A stretch of 63,263 bases of DNA, counting the filler, from Kipferlia bialata (lineage: Eukaryota): the NCBI GenBank assembly GCA_003568945.1. It is 5 parts of 5 records of this genome, joined end to end, with 100 filler letters (N's around TTAATTAATTAA, not from the genome) between each part and the next. Parts side by side here need not be neighbours in the genome. Positions count along the whole stretch, not along the records: positions 1 to 22,346 come from BDIP01000295.1; positions 22,447 to 44,767 come from BDIP01000296.1; 3 more parts are not named here. One strand, written 5' to 3'. This document shows positions 12,871-26,482 of this stretch, piece after piece (within the stretch, counting starts at the first letter, position 1; each line of letters starts with the position of its first letter). The notes below the pieces were generated by a model. The model was not told the origin of the DNA, did not search any database, and was given only the letters and a program-made list of their open reading frames with translations. A program made the position numbers and the translations under genes.

Positions 12871-15001
12871 AGACCGAGAGAGAGAGAGAGAGGTCCAGGA
12901 CCATGACGTGGTCCTCTAGCCACCTGAGTGTAAGCAAGGAAAGGATATATGAACACATATGAATATATGAATCCAGATATTGACGTAGATATGAGAGACA
13001 GAGAGAGAGAGAGAGAGAGGTCCAGGACCATGTGGTTGTCCTCAAGCCACCCGAGGGTAAGTCGCTTTCTCCCTTCTCAATGTCTGCCCAGGGATCGCAT
13101 AGTAATATACTACGGTTGATGGCTAAATACACCCACCTTGCTCTTCTCTCAAACAGTCTCTCTTTCCTAGATCCTCCATACATATAGCTATACATATACA
13201 CTCATATAATACACCCACCTTGCCCTTCTCTCAAACTCATCTGCTCCAATGCGAGTCTCATAGGCATCCTGACAATAAGGGTGTAGGGAGGGGGAGAGGA
13301 TATTAAGGGTGTAGGGAGAGAGAGAGAGATAGAGAGAGTACATGTTAATACACTATACCTGTGGACTCTGGCAGAGCACCTTGTCGGCCCTTGACCTGAC
13401 AGCCACATAGCCACCCTGAGAATAAGGGTGAAGAGGGACAGAAAGGGTGTTACAAGAGAGTCCAAGGAATCACCGATACTCAAACAATACTATAATTGCT
13501 ACATATATACATATACACAATACCGATATATATAGAGATGTCGATATATACTATGTTACCTTCAACTCCTTGATGACATCCTGGTCCAGTATGACCATGC
13601 CAGGGGTGGACTCTCCATACACAGTGGCCTGGAATGAGGGTGTAGAGGGAGAGAGAGAATATGTGTGTGTGTGTATAGCTCTGACAGCCCTGATACTCTC
13701 TCTATGATGAGTCTCTCCCTCTCTCTCGATAGTATATATATACTCTCTCTATAGTATATGTACTGTACTATACCTCTGATAGTCTTGACACCCTCTCTAT
13801 GATGAGCCTCTCTCTCTCCTGACTCTCTGTCTCAGCAGGCAGGTCACGACACACACCGCCATCCTTGGTGACAACCTGGGCTTTAGGGGTGTAGAGGAAG
13901 AGAGAGAGAGAGACATCCTTGGTGACAACCTGGGTATTAGGGGTGTAGAGGGAGAGAGAGAGAGACATCCTTGGTGACAACCTGGGTATTAAGGGTGTAG
14001 GAGGAGAGAGAGAGACAGAGAGCGAGAGACCCCCTTATCGGAGGAGGGGGGTATACATACACATACAAACCTTGCATCTGGCCGAGTCCTCCTTGGCACT
14101 GGAGGCACCCAGAAGGGCCATATTCCTAGGCATTAGTGTTAGTACATATAAAGGGTATTGTTGTATACATATACCTGCTCATCTGGGCCCTGTCTGCCTT
14201 GGTCTTGACTGTCCTCTCGGCACTATATATATATATATATACATAGTATATAGTATATACATATATACACTGTATACCTACTCATCTGGGCCCTCTCTGC
14301 CTTGGTCTTGACTGTCCTCTCGGCATTATATATACACTATATAAGTCTATATATAGAGTATATCTACCTACTCATCTGAGCCCTGTCTGCCTTGGTCTTG
14401 ACTAGCCTCTCAGCACTATATATATACTATATGTACAGTATATATACACTATATATACACTATATACCTACTCATCTGAGCCCTGTCTGCCTTGGTCTTG
14501 ACAGTCCTCTCGGCACTATACGTACACTATATATATAGTATAGAGTGTGTATATATATATATTGTATATACCTACTCATTTGAGCCCTCTCTGCCTTGGT
14601 CTTCACTGTCCTCTCGGCACTGAGGGTCACACCGTTGTCGGGGTTCACAAGGGGTTCACTGTCAACCTAAAGGTAAATATGTTATCTATACATATATTTT
14701 CTATATAAATATTTTCTATACATATATCTATATATAAATTTCACATATTACGAGTAGTTATGAAGTAGTTATGAATACTATATGCATAGCAATTCACAAG
14801 GGGTTCACTGTCAACCTATGCATTAGGGTGTAGGGGGAGAGAGAAAGAGAGAGCAGAAGTTCACTATCACCCGCTATCGATCTCGAGGTTTGATTAGTAA
14901 CATACCTTGAGTACATCCTCCAGTGTGAGTGCCTTGGGGGCAGAGCCATCGGCACCAAGGTGGACAGTGACATACCTAGAGTGAGTAATATATATGTATA
15001 T

Positions 15002-15038
<37 letters not shown>

Positions 15039-16706
15039 AGTTCATCGGCACCCAGGTGCACGGTGAGAGGCAATATACACTAATATGGATGGGCACTATT
15101 ACATATGGATGAGTTCTCACTCTGATCTGTGTATATCCCTCGTGTACAATTACTCAGACACAAATACTCAGTATATACATATGCATTCATCTATACAGAA
15201 ACACATATAGAGATAGGGTACTCACTCTGATCTGTGTATCTCCCTCTGCCCATTCTCTGTGGACACAACCAGCTTGGAGCTGATGCAGTCCCTTGATGTC
15301 AGAGGAATACACTGGAAGACAATATGCATACTATTATAGAATAATGAATAATAGATATGCACTATTATATTTATATATATATGCTGTGGACACAACCAGC
15401 TTGGAGCTGATGCAGTCCCTTGGAGTCAATGCATATATATATAACATCTTCATACTATAGTAATACAAGCACACTATAATCCCTACTTTACCTTGATATG
15501 ACTGTGGCAGCCTCCCATCTCTCCCCATCGTCCTCCTCTCCCTCTCCCTCTCCATCTCCCTCTCTCATGCTCTTCCCAGGTACCCTGCAGTAGCCTCGCA
15601 GCAGGGCATCCTCACCTGCAACAGCAACAGCTACTCTATCCTGATATAAGGTATAGAGGATAATGATACACACATATATATATGCATATGTATGTCTGTA
15701 TATGTATGTCTGTATATGTATGTCTGTATATGCATGTCTGTATATATCCTCTCAGCATAGCATCTTCGCCTGCAACTGCTACAGCTACTCTATCATGATA
15801 TAAGGTATAGAGGATAATGAAACATATATATATATATATGCATATGTATGTCTGTATATACTCTCAGAATGGCGTCCTCCCCTCCCACAGCGACAGTAAC
15901 CGTGTCGTGGTATTAGTATAATACTGGTTTGATGGTGTACGTCTATACCTGCTCATGCAGACTCTCCCTGACCCAGTCACTGGTGGAGATGGCAGGGACA
16001 GTATATATATGTATACTTGTGTATAGTATATATATATATATATATATAGTATATACCTGTTCATGTAGACTCTCCCTGACCCAGTCACTGGTGGAGATGG
16101 CAGGGACGGGTTATACATATGCATTATATACAGTATATATGAGTATATATACACACATATATATATATATACCTGCTCATGCAGACTCTCCCTGACCCAG
16201 TCACTTGTGGATATGGCAGGGACAGGTGGCTCATTCCCAGTGACACTAGTGTTCAATCTAGAGAGGACCTAATGTAAGTCAAATAGAGAGTGTACTTGGG
16301 GAGAGAGAAATAGTTCACTGTATATATACCTTACTCCTGGGTGCCCTCGACACACTCTTTGACCTCACCACCCCATGGGCAGCAGAGGCAGAGTATACTA
16401 AATACTATATAATATATACTATATACTATACAATATACATATACATGTGTATACCTTGCTACGTGGGGCTCTAGATACACTCTTTGACCTCACCACCCCA
16501 TGGGCAGCAGAGGCAGAGTATATATATACTAAATACTATATACTATATACTATACAATATATATACTAAATCTATACTATTTATATTTAGTGTATATATA
16601 TACCTTACTCCTAGGTGCCCTAGACACACTCTTAGACCTCACCACCCCATGGGCAGCAGAGGCAGCTCTATCCACAGACTGAGAACGACCTGACATTAAG
16701 GGTGTA

Positions 16707-16749
<43 letters not shown>

Positions 16750-17331
16750 GGCAGCCCTATCAACAGACTGAGAACGGCCTGACTATAAGGGTGTAGAGGG
16801 GGGAGAGAGAGAGAGACTTGCTATACCCACCGCGAGACCCTGGTCCATGACAGGTGCCTGCACATATACATACTACTTTCACTATAGTATACCTACCAAC
16901 ATGATATTATGCCATATACTATAGTATATACCTATGACAGCCAGTCCCTGGTCCATGACCGGTGCCTGTGCAGCAATGAGGGACGGGATGGGGTAGGCCT
17001 GTTTTAATAGTGTAGATGTATATATGTAACAATATGTATATATATATAGAGAGAGAGAGTGGGGGGGTAGAGGTGTATAGACGGGATGGGGTAGGCCTGT
17101 GTTAGGAGTGTAGAGAGAGAGAGAGAGAGATGTATGAGTCTGTAAGTGTAAGAAGGCGAGGCACTAAAACCTTTCCACAATATCCTCAATAAAACGAATA
17201 CTAGTAGTACAACGAATATCGCTCATATACAAAATGTACCTGCTGGGATGAAGACAGACCCCTCTTCCTAGCAGCACCCCTGTCAGTAGAGGCAGACCTC
17301 CTGATAATTAGGGTGTAGAGGGGGAGAGAGA

Positions 17332-17363
<32 letters not shown>

Positions 17364-17405
17364 AGCACCCCTGTCAGTGGAGGCAGACCTCCTGACTATA
17401 AGGGT

Positions 17406-17438
<33 letters not shown>

Positions 17439-20400
17439 CACCCCTGTCAGTAGAGGCAGACCTCCTGACAATAGGGGTGTAGAGAGAGAGAGAGAGAGAG
17501 AGAGAAGCACCCCTGTCAGTGGAGGCAGAGCTCCTGACAATAAGGGTGTAGAGGGAGAGAGAGAGAGAAAGAGATAGGAAGAGAGGTACCTTGACACGGA
17601 GTTTGACCGGCCTCTCTTCTGGGAGGCTGCCCTGTCACCCTGATGTTACAATAATAGGGGTGTAGACAGAGAGAGAGAGAGAGAGAGAGAGAGCCTCTCT
17701 TCTGGGAGGCTGCTCTGTCACCNNNNAGAGAGAGAGAGAGAGAGAGAGCCTCTCTTCTGGGAGGCTGCTCTGTCACCCTGACATGAATATAATAGGGGGT
17801 GTAGAGAAAGAGAGAGAGAGAGAGAGAGAGCCTCTCCTCTGGGAGGCTGCCCTGTCACCCTGAAATGAAAAATAGGGGTGTAGACAGAGAGAGAGAGAGA
17901 GAGAGAGAGCCTCTCTCCTGGGAGGCTGCCCTGTCACCCTGAGATGAATATAAGGGTACAGACATATACAGATATATATATATATATAGGCATAATACTA
18001 TCATTGAGAAGACGAATGAAAGAAGGGGTGGAGAGACAGAGAGAGAGAGAGAAATACCTTTGAGAAGACATCTGGCACTTGGAGCTTGACAGAGACATAC
18101 ATATAAATACAAGTATATGAACATATATACAAGTATAATAGAAAATACATATATATATACCTTTGAGAAGACATCTGGCACTTGGAGCTTGACAGCTGGG
18201 CCAAGAGATGGGGCAAGAGAACCTGTTAATAAGGGTGTAGAGAGAGAGAGAGAGACACTTGACAGTTGTGGGGTAAAGGAGCCTAATAATAGGGAAGACG
18301 GTAGAGAGACTCGGTTTACTAGTTGTGGAGGATAGAAAGGGATAGTATACATACCTACACTGGCCCTCCTCTGGTTGACACTGGAACCTGGGATAAGGAA
18401 GTAGAAAGAGAGAGAGAGAGAGAGAGTATATGTTGACACTGAAACATGGAATAAGGGTGTAGAGAGTGAAAGGGAGAGAGAGAGTAGGAGTAACGATGGA
18501 TACCTGGAGAGCGGCGCTTCTCCTTCCTGACAGGCAGGTGCTGGACTGGGGTAGGAAAAAGTATATGAGAAAGGGAAAGATCCTCTCCACATGTGGCAGT
18601 ATTGTCAATATTTGTAAAATACATACATACAATACTGTATATACCTCTCTGTGGACTCTTGTGCTGGGGGTTCCTAGCTAATGCATCGGCCAAAAACTTG
18701 ATAGAGCCTGTAATTAGGGCTATAGAGAGAGAAAGAGAGAGAGAGACGGTATATGATTGTTACAAGGTGATAATTAATATAACACAATGTACAGACTAAT
18801 ATACCCTGTGAGTCCTGGCTTGGGTTGTCTCTCTCTCTCTCCCATCAATATACTATACATACACATATATATGTGTATATATACACTTTACCCTGTGAGT
18901 CCTGGCTTGTGTTGTCAGGGTTGGCAGCCAGTCTGTTGTACCAGGCACCAGACTGAGGGGACTGACAATAAGGGTGTAGAGAGAGAGAGAGACAGAGAGA
19001 GAGACAGTACCTTTCTCTACCCTCTCTGTGTGCTGCTGGATCTCTTACAAAAGGGTGTAGAGAGAGAGAGAGAGTATGTATAGAGAGAGAGAGAGAGAGT
19101 ACCTTTCTCGACCCTCTCTGTGTGCTACTGGACCTCACGACACTCCTAGGGTCCACTACCTTCTCCTGCTTCACCTCATCCTGATAATAAGGGTGCAGAG
19201 GGAGAGAGAACAATAAGGGTGCAGAGGCATATATCAGTCGACGATGACTATCGTGGGATTAATAATGACAATTCCGGTGCAGAGGGAGAGAGAGAGAAGA
19301 GCCTAATAAATATACCTCAGGTGATCCCCTGTCTCTGAGAGATGGTGTCAGTGCTCTTCCACTCTCTCTCACACTATAGATACATATATACAATATATAG
19401 ATAGATAGCTATATTTATATATACCTCAGGTGATCCTCTGTCTCTCAGAGATGGGGTCAGTGCCCTTCCTCTCTCTCCCTCTCTCACTATAGATAGATGT
19501 ATATATATATATATATATACCTCAGGTGATCCTCTGTCTCTGAGAGATGGTGTCAGTGCCCTCCCTACAGTGGGGCCTCTCTTGGACACAGACTTGGACC
19601 TGACCCTAAGGTTAGCATATACATATATATATAGATAGATAGATAGATATACAATAAAAGTTTATATGAAGAGAGAGAGATATACATAGGCCTCTCTTGG
19701 ACCTGACCCTAGTGTTAGACATGTAGAGTATATAGTATCGATACATGGTTATAGCAAGAGAGTGAGATGGCTAAGGGGGAGGGAGAGGGGGTATGTGGGG
19801 GGGGGGGGCAGATCTCAAAAGAGTACACCATACATATACTACACATACCTGTTATTGAAATATGCGGGTGTCTTGCTCTGTGCCACAGCATCTCTGCATA
19901 TATATATACATATACTAGATAGTGACTGAGAGATAGTAAGAGAGTTATATACCAAATGTACACACCTGTTGTTGAAGTATGCGGGTGTCTTGCTCTGAGC
20001 CACTGCGTCTCTGAGACCAGCACGGGACTTGGACCTAAGGTGAGATATATAGATATACGTATATATAGAGAGAGAGAGAAAGAGAGAGAGAAACCAGCAC
20101 GGGACTTGGACCTTGAATTAGAGAGAGGGGGGGAGAGAGGGAGAGGGAGAGAGAGAGAGAGAGTATCTCCGAGACCAGCACGGGACTTGGACCTGGACCT
20201 TGTATTAGAGAAAGAGAGAGATAGAGAGAGAGAGACCGGCACGGGCCATATATAGAAGGAGAGGAAGGAGGGAGAGAGGTAAGGGACTTAACCAGACTGG
20301 GCAAAACTGTAAAGGAAGAGGCGGATCGTGGGGGGGGGGGGGGTATGCAAACGTATCCTGACGCGTATAGGAGTGGACAAGAAGGGGATATAGGAGAGAG

Positions 20401-20975
20401 AGAGAGGAAGAGAAAGAGTGGCATTGATACCGGTACCAAAGAGAGTATACAATTGTTGATAGTATCAACTTGATACACCCCTATAGGATACTCAGACTGG
20501 GGTTATAAAGGTAAACAGACATTGATAGAGAGGAAGAGAATAAGACTGATAGACATTGCATATAATAATTGACACTATACTGAAACAGTACCGGTACCGG
20601 TACCGGTACCGATAATTACAAATTGCCATCAGAGGGGGAATGGGGTTACAACTATAGGAGAGGGAAAGATAATACATAGGGTATGGACAAATAAGTGCAA
20701 GAGAGTAAGAGTAGCCGCCCATACTAGGCACAACATATAACAGGACCTGTACCATTATAATGTAACACGTAGCTCTCGACCAGAAATATACACATATACA
20801 CGTCAATTATGCACCTGTGTGTCGAGCTCCTCAGCTCAGGCAGCACGTCTGGCCTGGGGGCACCTGGCAGACCCTCTCCCCCTCTCTCTCCACTCCTCTC
20901 TCTCACGTGATGCGCCCCATGCCCTAGCAGCATCAGGTCATCACTCGACTCCTCATCCACGCCGTGCCGATCCAT
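4568..20975 (-). CDS. Large multi-exon hypothetical protein with a low-complexity Ser/Arg-rich N-terminus and an acidic C-terminus (could be more than one gene)
   Basis: A chain of minus-strand GT-AG exons, phase-compatible where checked, runs from MDRHGVDEESSDD (ATG 20975) through RSKSRAGLRDAVAQ, KHWRQCLDRLEEYGTAMLSA, GLPILPLLMDEASGDAGTCFLRAIEQ and CLEYLEAADNIRLTMD to ..EEICTPYVPQE* (4568). No family was recognised. Confidence 0.6.
5667..6125 (-). repeat. Tandem array (~100-bp period) of an exon 3' end plus donor: the real exon and 4 echoes
   Basis: The unit encodes PRLSALKGHPLILQR|GTA plus the same intron stretch (ATGCTAATAATACATGCAATTA). Two copies share a 15-nt internal deletion. Confidence 0.85.
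6908..7908 (-). repeat. Echo arrays on both sides of one exon: 6 donor-end copies and 3 acceptor-end copies
   Basis: CCTGCTCTATAGCCCTTAGGAAGCATGTCCCT recurs at ~6910 (degenerate), 6986 (divergent), 7105, 7217, 7332, 7441 and 7556 (real exon). CCTCATCCATCAGG..GGGGAGGCCT recurs at ~7700, 7795 and 7866. Confidence 0.9.
14173..14621 (-). repeat. Five tandem variants of exon end SAERTVKTKA(E/D)RAQMSR|GT
   Basis: ~50-nt copies at ~14173, 14277, 14367, 14466 and 14570 (real exon), separated by TA-rich spacers. Confidence 0.9.
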
Positions 20976-21473
20976 ATCTCACTCGGGGATACCCTCCCAC
21001 CGGGATACAACTGAGCTAGGCGGGTATGCGCGGGTCAAGGTTGGTGAGAGGGCCCCTGCGTACCTCTTGCACCGCTCATTTTGACAAAGAGATTGGGAAT
21101 AGACCCTTATCCATACAATTGAACTGGGGGTACTGGGCAAACCTGGCAAATTCCGCCATCTCTGGAGAGATCTGTCGCGCTTTGTCGTCACGCTGTTACC
21201 CTATCTTCCAGTTGTACGGTCACCATGCTCTAGTATCGGGTCGGGGGAAGGCACTGTATGGTCGTGGTGTGTTATCGCACCTGGATCACTAACCCTTACG
21301 TGTGTTTTTGGTCTACTCAAAAATTCCGAGACGCTCCACCCTTTGTGCATGGGCGCAGTCAAGACTCAGATTCAGCGAGACAGCCATTCTTTCAGTCTCC
21401 GACTAGTTGTTGTGGTCTCTAAGCTGCTGTATTGGACCCGCATTGAGGGGTTGCGGTGCGGCGGTGTGTGTAG

Positions 21474-22285
21474 ATGTACCCTGACGTGGATGACGATGTC
21501 TCTAGCAGTGATGAGTCCAGTGATGACTACATGCTAGATGGAGAGGGGCTAGATGGTCTAGAGGGAGAGGCAGAGGCAGAGCACCTCAATCTATTCCAGA
21601 AGGTATGCATGCATATACACCTACGGTACAGTATTTGGGCTCTGGGTATGACTGTTGTGGTCTGAGGGGGTTGGATATGAGTCATATCCGGCTGAGATAT
21701 TTATACATATCTGGATAGAGATTTCTCAAACGAATAGGGACAACGTAGATACAGACATAGCTATAGAGAGAGATAGAATGGGTGGGAGTGGATGACATAT
21801 TGATTGGTATGCATGTCTGCGTTCGTCCAATCATCATGATGTGAGACGGGTATTAGAGACGTAGATGGCGCATGTATCAGTATTGTGATAGCTGGTAGTG
21901 CACCTTGTGTGTGTATATATTCATGTATCAGTGGCTGTGGGTGACTATTTGGCTGTGGGTAGCATGCCTTGCTATATTTCTCTATATCTATATTTGTCAG
22001 TGTCTTGTGTTCTTGTTGTGATAGGTGGGAGAGAGAGAGAGATATGTGGGACATTGGACTGGTTGTTTCCGTTTTCGTCCATTTTAGGCACCTATGTCAC
22101 ACACGCACACACATATATATATACGGCGCCCAATACGTAGTTCTGCCAGTTAGATACCCTTTTAATAGAATTGTTCATCTCTCCCTCTCTCTCTCTCTCT
22201 CTCTCTGTATTTCTTATGCCAGAATCGTCGCTCGGCTAGTCTTAGCAGTGTCCATGATTCCCAGCTCAAGAGCTCTTTAACTGGG
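21474..22285 (+). CDS. 5' exons of a hypothetical protein with an acidic N-terminus, cut by an assembly spacer
   Basis: Exon MYPDVDDDVSSSDESSDDYMLDGEGLDGLEGEAEAEHLNLFQK|GT (21474-21602) and a phase-0 exon NRRSASLSSVHDSQLKSSLTG|GT (22223-22285). It lies head-to-head with the gene starting at 20975. Confidence 0.5.
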
Positions 22286-22299
22286 GTACGATATACATT

Positions 22300-22332
<33 letters not shown>

Positions 22333-22346
22333 TCTCTCTTCTCTTT

Positions 22347-22446
22347 NNNNNNNNNNNNNNNNNNNNNNNNNNNNNNNNNNNNNNNNNNNNTTAATTAATT
22401 AANNNNNNNNNNNNNNNNNNNNNNNNNNNNNNNNNNNNNNNNNNNN
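22347..22446. other. Artificial contig/scaffold spacer
   Basis: N44-TTAATTAATTAA-N44 (stops in all six frames), flanked by poly-C runs. Confidence 0.98.
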
Positions 22447-22768
22447 CCATTTTTTCCCCCCCTAACCCCCCCCCCCCCCCCCCCTTCCCATTCTCTCACT
22501 ATTGCTCATACTCCTCTTTAATGATTTTGAGTTATTATTGTCTCTCCTTCCCTCCCTCACTAACAGTGATGTCACGATTACTCTGTGTCTCTCTCTGTCC
22601 CTCTATGTCCCTCTCTCCCTCTCACTCTCTCCTCATTTGTCCCCACTCTTTCCCCACTCTTTCCCCACTCTTTCCCCACTCACTCCTAGAGATATCCTCT
22701 CTCCGTCAGTGACTTCGAGGATATGCCTCCCTCTCTCTCTCCCCCCCCCCCTTCCCTCACCCGTAAGG

Positions 22769-24314
22769 ATGCCTCTTCCCCTCTCCCTCAGTGCCTTTGA
22801 GCATGCCTATGACTCATTCATATCACTCGAGAGGATAGAGACAGGTGCTCTCTCTCCCCCCTCTCTCTATGTCCCTCTCTTTGGCTAACAACCTATCCCC
22901 ATCACTCTGTCTATTCTATTCTCTAGAGGGTAGGATATGGTGTGTGCCCTCCGCAATTCCATCTCTGTTTCCGTTCTTTCCCTCTCTCTCATTGGTTCTA
23001 ATTTACTATTGTCCATATCACTCCATATGGACATGTTCACTTCCTTTCAATACAAGAATATCTTCTCTCTCTTCGTCTCTCTGACACAGGTAATCTGAAG
23101 GATGTGAGCTGCTTCGATCCCCTCCGTGTATCAGACAACACCTTTCTGCTCTCCAAGACCCTCTACGCAGTGGAGTATATAGAAGGGAGGCCAACACTGG
23201 TGCAGCGTGGCCCATTTCCATTTCCTGAGGTATACTGATCGATACAGATACATATTCTAATATGGCTGTAACATTAGTTAGTAGTTCGCTTATTTCATAT
23301 GAATATTTGTATATGTATTATATGTTACACTGGTGCAGCGTGGCCCATTTCCATTTCCTGAGGTCTTACTCTGTAGTTACACAAGATGAAGTCAGAAACA
23401 GATTCACATAGTATTCATATAGATACACATGTATTATTTATATACTGACTGGTGTGTGTTCTATACACAATACTGTTGCATTCTGTTACTATTTAGAGTA
23501 TGCCGAGGAATTTCAGTATCATATATATATATGTACTTCTTACACTTAGTGTATTACATTATATGCATTGTCACTATCTCTGACCTCTTAGAGTATGCCG
23601 AGGCGTTTCAGAGAGGCTCTCAGCATAGGCTCTTGCCTGTACTGCGATGCCCCATACCCTCTGCCCAAGGGTGCACAGTATGTGTTACACACAGATACAG
23701 GTAGGGTATTGAATATACTTATGTATATAGATATGAATGTATATACGCCCTATCCCTCTGCCCAAGGGTGCACAGTACGTGTTTCACACAGATACAGGTG
23801 TGTATATATATACATATATATGTATATACATGGATGTATTCTTGTATGTATATCATATACAAGTAGGATACTGAATATTCTACCCAACGGTGCAAAGTCT
23901 GTATTGCACACAGATACAGGTGGGGACATATATGTATATACATAACCATACTAATACACTTTGTGTATAGGATTATTTGGGCCGATACTATGGATATACA
24001 GAAAGGATGTATGTATATATAGTACCTCCCATACAGTATTGAGTGTCCTACTGTCATTAGGATACCATTACATTTAGATGACTCGCTCTTTACTCTTAGG
24101 TGATTGGACCGAGATTGATCCTCCCCCAACCCTGGATGAGGACTGTCGCACCTGCACTCTATCACAGTTTAACGGAAAGGTATTACCTTTTCTTACTCTT
24201 TCTCTTTGTTTTTCAACTATATACATATATATGTGCACCATGACCCCACGTAGCAGCCGTTCCCAGGAGTGGTTTATCTCTCTCCCTCTCTCCCTCTTAG
24301 TATAGGTCTATTAG

Positions 24315-24345
<31 letters not shown>

Positions 24346-24926
24346 ACACATGACCCCAGCTCCTACGCAGCACCCGTTCCCAGGAGTGGTATATCTCTCT
24401 CCCTTCCTTTCTCAGTATACATATAGTATATACTATTGTATTTCTATGTACCATGACACCAGTTGCTTCGAAGCACCCGTTCCCAGGAGTGGTCTATCTC
24501 TCTCTCTTTCTTTCTCAGTATACATATAGTATATATCTGTATATTAGTATATACCATGACCCCAGCTCCTACGTAGCGGCCGNNNNNNNNNNNNNNNNNN
24601 NNNNNNNNNNNNNNNNNNNNNNNNNNNNNNNNNNNNNNNNNNNNNNNNNNNNNNNNNNNNNNNNTCCCTCTCAGTATATATCTGTATATTAGTATATACC
24701 ATGACCCCAGCTCCTACGTTGTCTCTCTCTCTCCCCCTCTCAGTATATGTCTATTAGTATCTATATACATACGAGTGTGTGTGTACCATGACCCCAGCTC
24801 CTACGCAGCAGCCGTTCTCAGGAGTGGTTACTGGACACTGAGACTGAGACATGGGAACAGATACCCAAGCCAAAGGGTCTCTTTGGTGGGTCATGTGCTC
24901 TCTCTCTCTCTATGTATATACCTACA

Positions 24927-24975
<49 letters not shown>

Positions 24976-26281
24976 CCTGAGACCGAGACATGGGAGCTGC
25001 TGGAGAAACCTCCGATGCTCTTTGGTGGGTGTCAACTGATATCTCGCTATATCATTGGGTAAAGAGATATTGCCTGTGACATACTACTCATGTGTGCAAT
25101 ACGTTCCTATATGTATATGTATATATGTATGCAATCCGACACTGTTCGGTGAGTGTCAAAAGTATGTATACGTATATTTATGTATACAATGTATGTATCT
25201 CTCATTGTCCCCTAATTATTGAGCTTTAGTGAATAAAGGCTGGTAGTATGGACTTGTATATAGATTTACGTGTGTATATTCATCACGTATATAGGTCTGA
25301 ACGCCGGTTACAAACCAACTTGCTCTCTCTCTATATATATACATATATATAAACATATATGTATCTGAACCCAACCTGCTCTCTCTCTATACTCTATATA
25401 CATACATATATATATACCTATCTATCTCTGAACGCAGCGTACAACCCCCCTTTCATTGTTGGAGACCGTATCCTGCGACCATATTTCGAAATCATAGATG
25501 AAATAGACGGCAGAGAGACACAGCGTGTTTTGGCCTATCGCAAGACAGTATCCAAGGGTCAGCGAGAAGGAGAGGACGATCAGTGGAGGGATGACGAGGG
25601 CTGGAGTCTGCCAGAAGGTATATGAAGTGGATTCCCCATTGGCATCATATGTATATATATATATATATATAATATACTTATATACATGTATGCGCTAGGG
25701 CTGGTCTACCAGAAGTCATTGCCGACTCATACGTACATACACACATTATCCACCAGTTCCGATACCATGTCTGAAGTTTTGCGCTAGTGGTCTCAGTGAC
25801 TTTCATCATTAGTGTATGTACATTGTAAGTATGTGCTAAGAGACAACTGTTTGTATACATGATATATACGTACGCTTTGACCTAATTCCTGGGCTACCGT
25901 GCTGGGTTAGTTATTGGCATTAGTACTATTCCATCCAAATATATCCTATTTTCATATATGTATACAATCCCAAGTAGATATCGTAGTGTATGGACATATA
26001 TGTGTTGACAGTCATATATACACATGTACAAGCAATAACTCTAGGCTTTGTTGCAAGGTGTCCCATACCTATCGGACGTGGCACACTCTACCTGGGGTAC
26101 AGAGAGGTGAAGGTATGGAGGGAAACCACTGTGTGTCCTCTATCATATGTGAGTACACTGTCAGCTTTCCTGTATTATATCTTACCGTTAGGAGCTATAC
26201 GACGGGAGAGGCTCCAACAGAGTGACACGCCGGAATGGCTGGATAGACCCAGTGAGCAGGGAGTTCATAGAGGGGCCAGAG
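22769..26281 (+). CDS. Kelch-like beta-propeller protein, 8 exons, terminal exon not found
   Basis: Phase-compatible exons: MPLPLSLSAFEHAYDSFISLERIET/GNLKDVSCFDPL../SMPRRFREALSIGSCLYCD..VLHTDT/GDWTEIDPPP..SQFNGK/LLRSSRSQEWLLDTETETWEQIP../AYNPPFIVGDRIL../GFVARCPIPIGRGTLYLG../ELYDGRGS..WIDPVSREFIEGPE|GT. The repeated 'hhDt.t..W' blade motifs are Kelch-like. Confidence 0.65.
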
Positions 26282-26482
26282 GTAGGGGCATCATTTGTTC
26301 ATTTAGCATCATAGTGTGTATATACATAGTCATATATGTATATAAATGCATGTGAATTGACCCAGTGAGCAGGGAGTTCATAGAGGGACCTGAGGTATCA
26401 ATAGTAGTATATATACCTATATATATACACATTAGTACATATGTATATATATATATATAGTTGGAGAGTATGTTATTCATAC

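Noticed and set aside
17855..18632. Long 232-245 aa ORFs and many other ORF-track entries rich in SL, ER or YI repeats
   Set aside because: They are read-through of intronic microsatellites, not real coding frames.
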